64,000 nt of DNA, from contig OZ242029.1 in NCBI GenBank assembly GCA_965205015.1, forward strand, positions 544,001 to 608,000, in the 5' to 3' direction. How positions within the stretch are numbered: position 1 is the first letter of the stretch; each line of letters opens with the position of its first letter. The notes beneath the pieces were generated by a model that saw only the letters and a list, made by a program, of their open reading frames with translations, ran no database searches and had not been told where the DNA came from. This document shows positions 38,479 to 47,813 of the stretch, one piece after another. A program made the translations under genes and the position numbers. This DNA comes from Candidatus Poribacteria bacterium. GTDB lineage: Bacteria > Poribacteria > WGA-4E > WGA-3G.

Positions 38479-39546
38479 TCACGCTAACGAATCTTCTCCA
38501 TCAGTCAGCCATGCCAGATCGAACTTTGCGAACGACACCGTCTCGTAAGCCCTCTCCTCACCACGCTCATAGAGACAACAGATACGCATGTCCGAGGCAA
38601 TACAGAGATCGGAATACGCCGCGGGACCGGCGTGCAAGACCTTGCCACTACTCCAACTTTGACACTCATCGTAACTGATACGGATCGTCATCCGCTCACG
38701 GCTCGTGCTGGCAGGATTAGAGAACAAGATACGATTCTTGTCGTGTTGATTCGCATCCGTATAGCGCACCATACTCGCCTGACAGATCGGTTCAATCAGG
38801 TCATCCTCGTAACCGAATTCCGTGAATGTATCGCCATTGTCCCTACTCCTCGCGTATGCACGCCGCTTCGGGGCGACGTAGTTCCGACAGTTGAAATAGA
38901 GTCCACCGTCCACTGTCTCAACGACGACCGATTCATTCGTCCCCGGTTGCGCCTTGCCGCCGATCCGCCACGTCTCACCGTGATCGTCACTGACAATCAG
39001 GTGCGAGTAGCCGTATTGCGCGTAGTCCCGACTGTTTCCAAGCACATGGTCACATGGAATGACGAACCTGCCGTTTGCCAGTTGAATCCCGTGGCAGGGA
39101 CCCGTTGCATACCACGTCCAATCTTCGTTTTTCGTCGTAGTTGTGATCTCTCTCGGTTCTGACCAGGTTTCCCCGTCGTCGTTGCTGGAGGTCACCCAAA
39201 CGGTGCGGGGTGCTTCCCCAGCAACAATCTTTCCCTCCGCGCCGTCAGCGAGATTTTTACAGAAAAGCAGATAGATCGCTCCTGTGTCCCGATCAACCAC
39301 TGGAGCAGGATTGCCATCCGTATCGGTTCCTGTGGAGACAGCGACTTGCATCGGTTGCCAACTTTCGCCGTTGTCAAAACTCCGTTTCAGGACAATATCG
39401 ATGTCTCCCGAATCCCCGCCCCCTGTCCGCCTGCCCTCACAGAACGCCAATAACGTTCCCTTGTTCGATCGAACAAGTGCCGGAATCCGGAACGTATGGT
39501 ATCCCTCTGTTCCCGCCATATAAAGCGGACGCTCCGTTTTGTACAT
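38479..39546 (-). CDS. Exo-alpha-sialidase (GH33-like)
   Basis: FRIP motif, Asp-boxes (SFDNGESW, SNDDGETW, SDDHGETW, SRDNGDTF), 'AYSDL', 'LYERG'. Confidence 0.92.
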   Translation of the reverse strand: MYKTERPLYMAGTEGYHTFRIPALVRSNKGTLLAFCEGRRTGGGDSGDIDIVLKRSFDNGESWQPMQVAVSTGTDTDGNPAPVVDRDTGAIYLLFCKNLADGAEGKIVAGEAPRTVWVTSSNDDGETWSEPREITTTTKNEDWTWYATGPCHGIQLANGRFVIPCDHVLGNSRDYAQYGYSHLIVSDDHGETWRIGGKAQPGTNESVVVETVDGGLYFNCRNYVAPKRRAYARSRDNGDTFTEFGYEDDLIEPICQASMVRYTDANQHDKNRILFSNPASTSRERMTIRISYDECQSWSSGKVLHAGPAAYSDLCIASDMRICCLYERGEERAYETVSFAKFDLAWLTDGEDSLA

Positions 39547-39548
39547 GC

Positions 39549-40274
39549 CTACAAGCCTCCTCCGCTTTTTACCCGCGCCCATGCCGTTGTGAGCTTTCCG
39601 ATCGGTTGCACATCTGCCGGATCATCCATCACAAACTCATTGGGGTCCTTCTGATGATCTGAGAGTCGCACCCCATCGACGACACAATTCGTTGGGAATT
39701 TGGGATCGGGCGGAGAGGCGTTGTTAATCTCAAAGGTTTCAGCGAAAACGGTAGGCCCCTTTTTGAAGGGAGCTTCACCTTCCAGCTTGCCATCTAAGTA
39801 GAGTTTCAAGCCATTAGGTCCCCATGTTCCTGCCATGTGGTGATGCTCTCCGGTTCTCCAATCAAGCGCAGCACTATTGGCGTTATGCCATGACCCGGCG
39901 CTTTTAATCCGCATCTGTGCGATCCCGCCCGTGTTAAACTGCAGGAATATCGCATCGGTGCCACGTTTATAAGTCATAAACATAAAGAGCTCACCCTTGA
40001 CGTCGCTGGCATCGAGTCCCATCGTTACCCACAACTCAACAGTCCCCTCGTCGAGGTTGACGAACCGATCATCCACAGGGAAATGGATAACGTCGCCAAC
40101 GGCTTCGCTAACGAAACCGTTGCCAAATTTACCGGGTTTGAAGTTTCCACCATCAACGGTGCCGCCCTCTTTTTCAACTTCCGCCTTGCTCTCCAAGGCA
40201 GAAAAGAAGGTCTCCTCTGCTGTAGCCACAGCAGCACAAAGCAACGTGATTGCTAAAATACACAACGTTTTCAT
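39549..40274 (-). CDS. Secreted LamG domain protein with TWG-like C-terminus
   Basis: Signal peptide, 'GTVELWV', 'HHMAGTWG..LKLYLDG', ends 'VQPIGKLTTAWARVK'. Confidence 0.85.
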   Translation of the reverse strand: MKTLCILAITLLCAAVATAEETFFSALESKAEVEKEGGTVDGGNFKPGKFGNGFVSEAVGDVIHFPVDDRFVNLDEGTVELWVTMGLDASDVKGELFMFMTYKRGTDAIFLQFNTGGIAQMRIKSAGSWHNANSAALDWRTGEHHHMAGTWGPNGLKLYLDGKLEGEAPFKKGPTVFAETFEINNASPPDPKFPTNCVVDGVRLSDHQKDPNEFVMDDPADVQPIGKLTTAWARVKSGGGL

Positions 40275-40434
40275 GAGATGTCCTCCTATTTATTAGGTTA
40301 GATTGTAATCTCGGGCTTACAAAGCCCTCCCACATGTCTGCTCCCTTTCCAATTTCCAATCCAATTAGGCTTTGAAATATCAAATTCAACAGTGAAACTT
40401 ACGAATCTATAAAAAATGATACCCTGTTCTTGAA

Positions 40435-41238
40435 TCACCCGCCATTTGGTTTTGTGGAAAGGGCATACACATAAGGCGAAGTCAATTGCTGGTTTGGCAC
40501 ACGAAGCCCCACCAAGAAATTACCAAGGACAATATCCGTCAGATTCACACACTTACAAAGCACTTCATGTCCCCATCTACCGATGACTGCTCGCCACGGC
40601 GAATAATCCACAACGCTCAATTTCAACGGACCCCCTGTATACCCAAACGCTGTGACCTGAAATCCTGTGTCTCGCAATGCCGCAGCGAGGTCAGTCGGCA
40701 AAATGACTTTGTGTGTCGCCAGAAGTTTCGGACTCGCAACGCGGGCGATCGGTGTATACATACCCCGCAGATTCGGCGTTACCGTGAGCATTGTTCCGCC
40801 CGGTTTGAGCAGACGATACATTTCCTCCAAGACCGCCTGCGGTGTACTAAAATGCTCAATCAATCCCATTGAGTAAACGAAGTCAAACATCGAGTCATGC
40901 CTTTTGGCAAATGCGAACAGATCTTCACAGAGAATTGTTCCCTGCGCGCCTGCAAGGGCAAGGTTCCGTTGTGCAAGTTGACACCCTAACTCTGAAAAAT
41001 CAACACCGTAAGCGTCACTTCCATACTTCTGAGCGAGGTAAGGGAGCCACAAGGAATCAGCGCATCCCAACTCAATGAGCGTCGGTTGTTTAAAACCCGA
41101 AAGTGCTTGATCAAACACCTTCGCGAGCTGACGGTTCGCCACATAAACCCACCGTAGGTGACGAATCTTATGCTGTTGACCGTCCCAAAGCGTCGTCCAA
41201 TAGGATTCATCCGTTAAAGGGGTAACGTGCGAATCCAT
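40435..41238 (-). CDS. Class I SAM-dependent methyltransferase
   Basis: 'IELGCA', 'GVDFS', 'FDFVYSMGLIEHF', 'LLKPGG....TPN'. Confidence 0.85.
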   Translation of the reverse strand: MDSHVTPLTDESYWTTLWDGQQHKIRHLRWVYVANRQLAKVFDQALSGFKQPTLIELGCADSLWLPYLAQKYGSDAYGVDFSELGCQLAQRNLALAGAQGTILCEDLFAFAKRHDSMFDFVYSMGLIEHFSTPQAVLEEMYRLLKPGGTMLTVTPNLRGMYTPIARVASPKLLATHKVILPTDLAAALRDTGFQVTAFGYTGGPLKLSVVDYSPWRAVIGRWGHEVLCKCVNLTDIVLGNFLVGLRVPNQQLTSPYVYALSTKPNGG

Positions 41239-41239
41239 A

Positions 41240-42700
41240 CTAACTCTCCTCCAAGCAAACGGCATCATGCTCTAAAATAGGGCATAGGTCACAGAGCCAG
41301 TCAGCACAATAATTTTTATGCAGACGGATGATCCCCTGCTCAATTTTAGCCGTCGGCTTCAGAAGACGCATCTGCTGCGTCTCTGTGAAAATCTGCTTAT
41401 CAATTTTACGGATAATCTGGTTGCCTGTTGACTTGGAACCAACACTATAAAGTCTTAGAATGCCTTCCTGCAATTTCTGACTATCCGCTTCGATTGCCCA
41501 AACATAGGCAACCGGTAAAATTTTATTGACGATGATGTCTATAGCCCGAGCCTTTCCAATCAGTCCTGCATTCTGAGTGCCGCCTGTGCCGAAGTTAGCG
41601 TGCTTTTTCCAGTAACCCGCGGGTTCAATCATCAGCAGATCCGTCAACTCTTTTTCGATAGATCGTAACAACTTTCGGGTGTCTGCAGTCGCTGCCTTTT
41701 CACATGTCGGCAGAAAATACATCATCAGACTGCCTTCGGAGCGATGGATTAACTGGCTTATCGCCGCAATACGTCGAGTCGGGGCGTTAAAAGGTCTCCC
41801 TGTGAAACTCCAGCGTGCTTCCGTCATGCGCGGGGGAAGTTCAGCATATTCTGACCCACGCCACAACGCTTCTAACGCGGTAATGCTCGGATCCTCTGTT
41901 GCTTCCGATGGGAGGGGTTTCTCCCTTTGCGAGGGTAAGAGTCCGGCAACTCCAAAAAGGATCGCTTGAATCTCCAGTTCAGATTTTTGATCCAAATCGG
42001 CGAACGGGACATGCTGCGCCAACTCTCTCAATGCCTTGCTGTTGCGTTCGTATCCCAACGCCTCCATGATCCCTTCATAGAGGAGTTGCTCGAAATCAAG
42101 ACGCGTTCTCAACAAACGCATCGACTCCGTCTTTTCCAAAAACCGTTCCCGTCCCAAAGATTCAAAAACACTTTTAAGGACTTCTATGTTCAGCTGCTTC
42201 CCCGTTACTCGGCAAAGTCCATCTGTCGTTGCTGCGTCTTGGGTATCGTCATGGAGATCGCCGGTATCTACGGCAACCCATTTCAGGAGTTCCAAGGTCG
42301 GAACGCGTTTGTTGTTCTGGAGCCGCGTTCGGAGATTAAAGTCGTCGTTAAAGAACACTGAATGTAAAATAACGCGATTATATCTGGAATTGAGGTGATG
42401 TTTATGGGCATACCACTCCGAAGATCGGACATGAATCTCAACATCGCCGACGTGGAGTTTTCCATCAATCTCAATCTCGGCGTGCATAAAGTCGGGTCCT
42501 TCGTTGTGATTCCAGACCCCAGGCTTTAGCACGCGAACCGCTCGTCTATCAATCGACGCCATATTGGTATCGAAAAAGCGTTGCTCATGCCACAATTTCT
42601 GAACGAATGCTTCATCGATCTTATCGAGGTCAGGATTATATGTCTCATCGATTTCCCTGAAGCGTTTAGAGAGGCGCCCGATCTCGGTTCTGTCATCCAT
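41240..42700 (-). CDS. DUF2851 family protein
   Basis: 'PG.WN..EGPDF..A......GDVEIH..SS.W..HKH..N..YN.VILH' and C-terminal 'C...CDLCP'. Confidence 0.85.
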   Translation of the reverse strand: MDDRTEIGRLSKRFREIDETYNPDLDKIDEAFVQKLWHEQRFFDTNMASIDRRAVRVLKPGVWNHNEGPDFMHAEIEIDGKLHVGDVEIHVRSSEWYAHKHHLNSRYNRVILHSVFFNDDFNLRTRLQNNKRVPTLELLKWVAVDTGDLHDDTQDAATTDGLCRVTGKQLNIEVLKSVFESLGRERFLEKTESMRLLRTRLDFEQLLYEGIMEALGYERNSKALRELAQHVPFADLDQKSELEIQAILFGVAGLLPSQREKPLPSEATEDPSITALEALWRGSEYAELPPRMTEARWSFTGRPFNAPTRRIAAISQLIHRSEGSLMMYFLPTCEKAATADTRKLLRSIEKELTDLLMIEPAGYWKKHANFGTGGTQNAGLIGKARAIDIIVNKILPVAYVWAIEADSQKLQEGILRLYSVGSKSTGNQIIRKIDKQIFTETQQMRLLKPTAKIEQGIIRLHKNYCADWLCDLCPILEHDAVCLEES

Positions 42701-42708
42701 ATTAGAAT

Positions 42709-43338
42709 CTACTTCGCCTCCTGAATTTCGTTCAGCAATGCTTGCGTTGCAACGTGTGGTTCAGGGTGGGCGCAAACGGCAGAAATTACCGCGATGCCGT
42801 GTGCCCCTGCCCGAATAACTTCACCTGCGGTCTGAATACCAATGCCACCGATCGCGATCACCGGACACGCCGCGATGTCGCACATCCGGCGGAGCCTTTC
42901 CAACCCCTTAGCCGTTTCCGCGTCCGGCTTTGAAGTGGTTCCATAGATAGGTCCAAACCCAATATAGTCCGCACCCTCTGAAATCGCCGCGAGTATTTTC
43001 GCCTCGGTTCGAGCAGAGGCACCAAGGATCGCTTCTGGAGATAGAATCCGCCTTCCGATGGAAACAGGCATATCGTCCTGTCCAAAGTGTGCGCCCGTCG
43101 CCCCAACAGCCAGTGCGATATCGGCTCTATCGTTGACAATCAGTGGTACCTTGTACCTTGCACATATCGTTTGCATCGACTGTGCCACGGCTATTAATTC
43201 GCGCGTCGTCCCCTGTTTCTGACGGAATTGCACCGTATCTGCCCCGCCCTCGATTGCCAATTCCGCCAATTCGGCGTGCGTAAATCGAGACTGTAGCGTT
43301 GTATCCGTGATGACGTGTAGAACGCCGATGTTTTTCAT
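42709..43338 (-). CDS. thiE: Thiamine-phosphate synthase
   Basis: 'QFRQK', 'IVNDR.DIA', 'HFGQDD', 'GPIYGTTSK', 'AIGGI', 'AVISAV'. Confidence 0.95.
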   Translation of the reverse strand: MKNIGVLHVITDTTLQSRFTHAELAELAIEGGADTVQFRQKQGTTRELIAVAQSMQTICARYKVPLIVNDRADIALAVGATGAHFGQDDMPVSIGRRILSPEAILGASARTEAKILAAISEGADYIGFGPIYGTTSKPDAETAKGLERLRRMCDIAACPVIAIGGIGIQTAGEVIRAGAHGIAVISAVCAHPEPHVATQALLNEIQEAK

Positions 43339-43497
43339 GTTGGCATATCACTCAAAATATGGTAGATTATCGATAGCGGTCAGCAGTCAGGTCGCTTCGC
43401 TTTCGACTTTCAGTAAAGAGGTTTTCGTTCAACAGAGGTTCCTTTTGGCACTGACAGCCGATAACTAATTTAGTATATCACATTTAGGAGAGACTTT

Positions 43498-44136
43498 GTG
43501 AATAATTTATTGTTTGAATCTGGGGATAAAGTGCTTTTTATCGGGGATAGCATTACAGATTGTGGGCGACGAGATGCACATGCCGCTCCATTGGGGAATG
43601 GCTATGTCCGCAAAATAACCGAACTCATCACTGCGAAATACCCGGAACGCCGCATTACCTACGTCAATAAAGGTATTGGTGGGGACATCGTGGAAGGTTT
43701 GGAAAGCCGATGGGATATCGACGTGATTGACGAAAAACCGGAATGGCTTTCGGTGAAAATCGGCATTAACAATGCGAGTCGGCAGCACGCCGAAGGTGTT
43801 TCAACGTTAGACTATCTGCCGATGTGGGAGGACTGCTATCGACGGATTCTGACACGTGCGAAAACTGAATTAGACGCATCCCTTTTTCTGTTTGAAATTT
43901 TCTATATTGCAGAAGATGTTGAGACACCGCGTCCATTAGATGTAGACGCTTACAACGCAAGTATTCATAGACTCGCGGAAGAATTCGACGCACGGTTAAT
44001 TCCGACCAGCACCGCCTTTGAGAACGCAGTCGCTGCCCGCCCTGGCGCACTTTGGACAACGCAAGACGGTGTCCATCCAAATGCGGAGGGACATACGTTG
44101 ATGGCACTGGAATTTCTGAAGCAAGCGGCGTGGTGA
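43498..44136 (+). CDS. SGNH/GDSL hydrolase
   Basis: 'FIGDSITD', 'NKGIGG', 'IGINN', 'DGVHPNAEGH'. Confidence 0.92.
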   Translation: MNNLLFESGDKVLFIGDSITDCGRRDAHAAPLGNGYVRKITELITAKYPERRITYVNKGIGGDIVEGLESRWDIDVIDEKPEWLSVKIGINNASRQHAEGVSTLDYLPMWEDCYRRILTRAKTELDASLFLFEIFYIAEDVETPRPLDVDAYNASIHRLAEEFDARLIPTSTAFENAVAARPGALWTTQDGVHPNAEGHTLMALEFLKQAAW

Positions 44137-44150
44137 ACAAGGAAGCGTAT

Positions 44151-44999
44151 CTATCGCCCCGATGATTTTTTCAATGCCTCAATTAGCTCACGCTCACGAT
44201 GCGAGTTATATTCGGAGGCAAGTCGTTGTGCTTCGATGCGATTGCCCCAATAAAACTGGCATCCGATCAAGGAGATACCCACACCGTCAACATAACGGCG
44301 TTCACGGATGGCATCCGCGACAAGATACATGAATGTCCCACCCAAAACTGCTGCGAGAACCCCTTCTTTGACTCTCCCTACATAGAGCTGCCCACTTCCG
44401 GGAACGACTGTGGACAACCATCCGGCTAATTGCGGCGATTTGTGTGGGAGGGGTGTTTTTTCAAAAAGCATGTCCGCCAATTGACGTGCATTTTTTCCAT
44501 GCGGTGCAGCAGCCTGTGGGGTTCCTACTCGTCGCAATTCCGCAATAGCCTTGTCCCAATCGGATGTCCGAACGTAACACCAACCGCGCAGATAGTGCGC
44601 TGCTGCCACAACTTCTGTATCTTTAGTCGAGTGCAGAAGTTCAAAGAGTGCTGTTCGCGCCAGTGAATATTCATCGGCATCAAAATGGAGCTGCCCAATC
44701 ATCAACTGGCTCCAAAACCGAAAGGTCGAATTCGGATGAATGGCTAAAAATTCACGAAACAGGTGTTCAGCACGCTCAGGTTGGTTTTGATAGTAATAAC
44801 TCTGTGCGATCCGGTAATCCGCCACATCCCTGAATTCCGTGTCAGGTCGATAGAAGAGGAGGCGTTTGTATGCCAACCGTGCCGCCCGATAATCGCCCGA
44901 TTCAAAAAGGTGCTCTGCGTAACGGTGCTGACTTTGCTCGTCCAAGTCACTGCTAATTGCGAAAACGATGATAGAAAGAAAAAGAGATGCTGCTGTCAT
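44151..44999 (-). CDS. TPR protein with C-terminal membrane segment (PGSGQ motif)
   Basis: TPR helices and 'KSP..A..LS.VVPGSGQLY.G'. Paralog of 46316..47263. Confidence 0.75.
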   Translation of the reverse strand: MTAASLFLSIIVFAISSDLDEQSQHRYAEHLFESGDYRAARLAYKRLLFYRPDTEFRDVADYRIAQSYYYQNQPERAEHLFREFLAIHPNSTFRFWSQLMIGQLHFDADEYSLARTALFELLHSTKDTEVVAAAHYLRGWCYVRTSDWDKAIAELRRVGTPQAAAPHGKNARQLADMLFEKTPLPHKSPQLAGWLSTVVPGSGQLYVGRVKEGVLAAVLGGTFMYLVADAIRERRYVDGVGISLIGCQFYWGNRIEAQRLASEYNSHRERELIEALKKSSGR

Positions 45000-45039
45000 A
45001 AAACTCCAACTTTTCTATAATACAATGTTTGAGCTATCA

Positions 45040-45200
45040 CTATCCTTTGCTTTTGATTGTCGCCCATAGGGCTAACAACTTTCTTTTCGGAGAAACAACC
45101 AACGGTTTGGGAAACCAAGCAGGCGTCAATGCCAGCGCCAAGTTCTCAGCAATGGCAACCCGTTCACCGCTACTGATGTTTATCACGTAGACATTATAAC
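45040..45200 (-). pseudogene. C-terminal fragment of a TolB/PD40 protein retaining the TWG-like motif
   Basis: YNVYVINISSGERVAIAENLALALTPAWFPKPLVVSPKRKLLALWATIKSKG*. No 5' part; lies just downstream of the intact PD40 gene. Confidence 0.72.
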
Positions 45201-45260
45201 GAACACGGACAAGTACACAAACTAAAAGTCAGATCCTCAAAAGAGCAGCGCGCGTAAGTC

Positions 45261-46244
45261 CTATTTAAGCTGCTTGATCGTTCCCCAGAGCGTTACCAGC
45301 TTCTCCTCGGTGGAAACTGACAGTGGTATTGGCTGCCAAGCAGGGAATATATCGTGCTCAAACCAACTTTGGGTGAGGTTAACCGGGTCGGAGCCATCAG
45401 CGTTCATCACGTAGATCTCATAATTTCCATCTCTATCCGTGGTAAAAGCGATTTGAGAACCATTCGGAGACCAGCAGGGAAAATCATCATCCCCTTGGTT
45501 TTTCGTTAACTGAATGATATTATCGCCATCAGCGTCCATGACATAGATTTCAAAGTCGTCATCTCTCGCTGAGGCAAAGGCGATTTTCTCACCATCCGGA
45601 GACCAAGCAGGATACCAATCGTCTCTTCTTGGATCTCGCGTTAGGTTGATGGGGTTGGAACCATCAGCATTCATTACGAAAATATTAAAAATGCCGCCAT
45701 TTCTCGTTGAGGCAAAGGTGATCTGTTTTCCATCCGGAGACCAAGAGGGAGATCTGTCTGTTCTTGGATTTTGCGTTAGGTTGACAAGGTTAGAGCCATC
45801 AGCGTTCATGACATAGACATCATAGATGCTATTTTTCTTTGAGGCAAAGGTGATTTGCCTACCATCCGGAGACCAAGAAGGTTCAAGATCTATTGTATGT
45901 AAGTTGTTAGTCAGTTGGATGGTATTATCCCCCTCGGTATTCATGACATAGAGGTCATAATCGCCATCTCTGTTCGAAGCAAAGGCAATTTGTCTACCAT
46001 CCGGAGACCAGGTGGGACTGAAGTCCGATGCCTGCCCTTCAGTGAGTTTGACAGGTTTTTTCCCATCGGCATTCATTACCTTGAGATCATATGTAAATGT
46101 TTCACCGCGCATTGTTAGGTAGGCAATCTTCGTAGCATCAACTGACTGACTTGCCGATGCAATCAGAACGCTCATCAATAGCAGAATAACCCGCCGCTGT
46201 AAACAGAGGTCCATCATAATTCGCTGAGAAAATGCGGGTGCCAT
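45261..46244 (-). CDS. Secreted TolB-like PD40 beta-propeller protein with TWG C-terminus
   Basis: RBS AAGGAGG. Five 'WSP(D/N)G..I.F' repeats. Ends 'LSVSTEEKLVTLWGTIKQLK'. Confidence 0.9.
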   Translation of the reverse strand: MAPAFSQRIMMDLCLQRRVILLLMSVLIASASQSVDATKIAYLTMRGETFTYDLKVMNADGKKPVKLTEGQASDFSPTWSPDGRQIAFASNRDGDYDLYVMNTEGDNTIQLTNNLHTIDLEPSWSPDGRQITFASKKNSIYDVYVMNADGSNLVNLTQNPRTDRSPSWSPDGKQITFASTRNGGIFNIFVMNADGSNPINLTRDPRRDDWYPAWSPDGEKIAFASARDDDFEIYVMDADGDNIIQLTKNQGDDDFPCWSPNGSQIAFTTDRDGNYEIYVMNADGSDPVNLTQSWFEHDIFPAWQPIPLSVSTEEKLVTLWGTIKQLK

Positions 46245-46315
46245 GGTTCTACCCTCCTTAGTTACAATGCGGGCACTTGGTTACGCAGCGATTTAGAACT
46301 GTGTAACCAAACCGA

Positions 46316-47263
46316 TTAAAACCTATACTTCCACACGACTAATTCCATATCGCCTTTTAAAGGCGATATTGCTCCGAATAACCCTGAACCCCGAATTTCC
46401 TGTTGAAGTCGGTTCCGAAATTGTGCCTCGTGTTGAATGTTAAAGACCCGCGCAGATTGAATACTCTGATAGATACCATTCCCATAGAAAAACAGACTCA
46501 GCACCCCGACAGGTATCGCAACTTCATAACGCTCTTGGTCGGCGTAATAGAAACTCGCACTCCCTAATACCACCATACCCACAAAGGTGTAAAGTCCGTC
46601 AGTCGTTCTCCCGGCATAAACCTGTCCACTCCCTGGCACTAACGCTGAAAACACACCAGCGACCGTCGAGGAACGGTGCGGAAGCGTATCAGCGTTTTTT
46701 ATCCGCCGCGCCAATCTATCGCTCACCTCAGCGAAAGGCGTATCGGGGTAGGTTGAATATACGTCGCTCCACACGCGACTCGCTTGTGTCCATTCTCCCT
46801 TATCCGCGTGGAGCATTCCAATTGTAAAGTGTGCGCGGGGTGCTAAGCTGCTCTCCTTATGTTCTGAAAGGAACCGTTTAAGGGATGCAAGCCCCTGTTT
46901 GCTATCGCCCGATAGAACATGACACTGCGCAATATTGTTTTTCGCGCGCTCGATAAGCACACTTTTCGGATAGGTATCAATCAGAAATTGGTAGGCACGG
47001 ATGGCGTTCTCCAATTTGCCTGCATTTTGATAGGAGGCGGCAACACGGAACGCTATGAAATCAATTTGAGGGGCATCGGGATGTAAAAAGAGGAGTCGCT
47101 TATACTCGTGAGCGGCGTTGAGATAATCCCCTTCTTGGAAGAGTGAATCCGCAAAAGAGGACTCTACAGCTTCAGCAGGTAACGGAAATGCACATAAGAA
47201 AATAAGCGACACGGCACAAGCAACACGCCCATATCGCTCTAAAAGGGAGAGAAAGATTTTCAT
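46316..47263 (-). CDS. TPR (BamD/CpoB-like repeats) protein with PGSGQ membrane segment
   Basis: 'A..LFQEGDY..A..EYKRLLF.HP' and 'PGSGQVYAG'. Confidence 0.75.
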   Translation of the reverse strand: MKIFLSLLERYGRVACAVSLIFLCAFPLPAEAVESSFADSLFQEGDYLNAAHEYKRLLFLHPDAPQIDFIAFRVAASYQNAGKLENAIRAYQFLIDTYPKSVLIERAKNNIAQCHVLSGDSKQGLASLKRFLSEHKESSLAPRAHFTIGMLHADKGEWTQASRVWSDVYSTYPDTPFAEVSDRLARRIKNADTLPHRSSTVAGVFSALVPGSGQVYAGRTTDGLYTFVGMVVLGSASFYYADQERYEVAIPVGVLSLFFYGNGIYQSIQSARVFNIQHEAQFRNRLQQEIRGSGLFGAISPLKGDMELVVWKYRF

Positions 47264-47754
47264 TCGGTATCAAGTTGCTTTTGCACATGCTCCTTGCTAA
47301 TTGCCCAAACGCTATTTCCGATATCTGTAAGGTATGGGGCAAATCGAGAATTCGCAATTTCGTTTTTGAAGCCATCGGGACCATAAGCGTTGAAAAGGAT
47401 GAGTGCGAAGGCGATAACAAGTCCACCAGAAACGATCCCAAAGCCGAGTCCGAGCAGATGGTTCATCCATCCCAAAACACCGCTTTCGAGAATCCGCTGA
47501 ATCCGCTCAAAAAGGGAGTCCACCAGAAGAGAGACGACCAGCACAATAGCAACAATGCTCAGCCACTTCGCCCAATCCGGATTTGCTACCAACTTCTGGA
47601 CAACTACCGCAAGTTGACCCCAAAATTGACAGGCAGCAAAGAATCCGATGCCGATGACGAATATACCCCATACACTTCGGGTGAAACCCGCACGGTAGCA
47701 ACTTACACCAGCCAATCCAACAAGAATGAGAATACCAATATCGAGTTTCGTCAT
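47260..47754 (-). CDS. CvpA family membrane protein
   Basis: 'LDI.IL...S.YRAGF.R', 'LGW.NHLLGLGFG', 'S.FAP.L'. Confidence 0.8.
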   Translation of the reverse strand: MTKLDIGILILVGLAGVSCYRAGFTRSVWGIFVIGIGFFAACQFWGQLAVVVQKLVANPDWAKWLSIVAIVLVVSLLVDSLFERIQRILESGVLGWMNHLLGLGFGIVSGGLVIAFALILFNAYGPDGFKNEIANSRFAPYLTDIGNSVWAISKEHVQKQLDTE

Positions 47755-47813
47755 TTTCGATTTTTAGTTTATGGACCCCTGGAAGGTATCATTAAAAAAC
47801 TGAGGTTGGGTAT

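Noticed and set aside
43339-43497. TPP riboswitch upstream of thiE
   Set aside because: No TPP aptamer core was seen. The interval holds short tcagc/gctga repeats.
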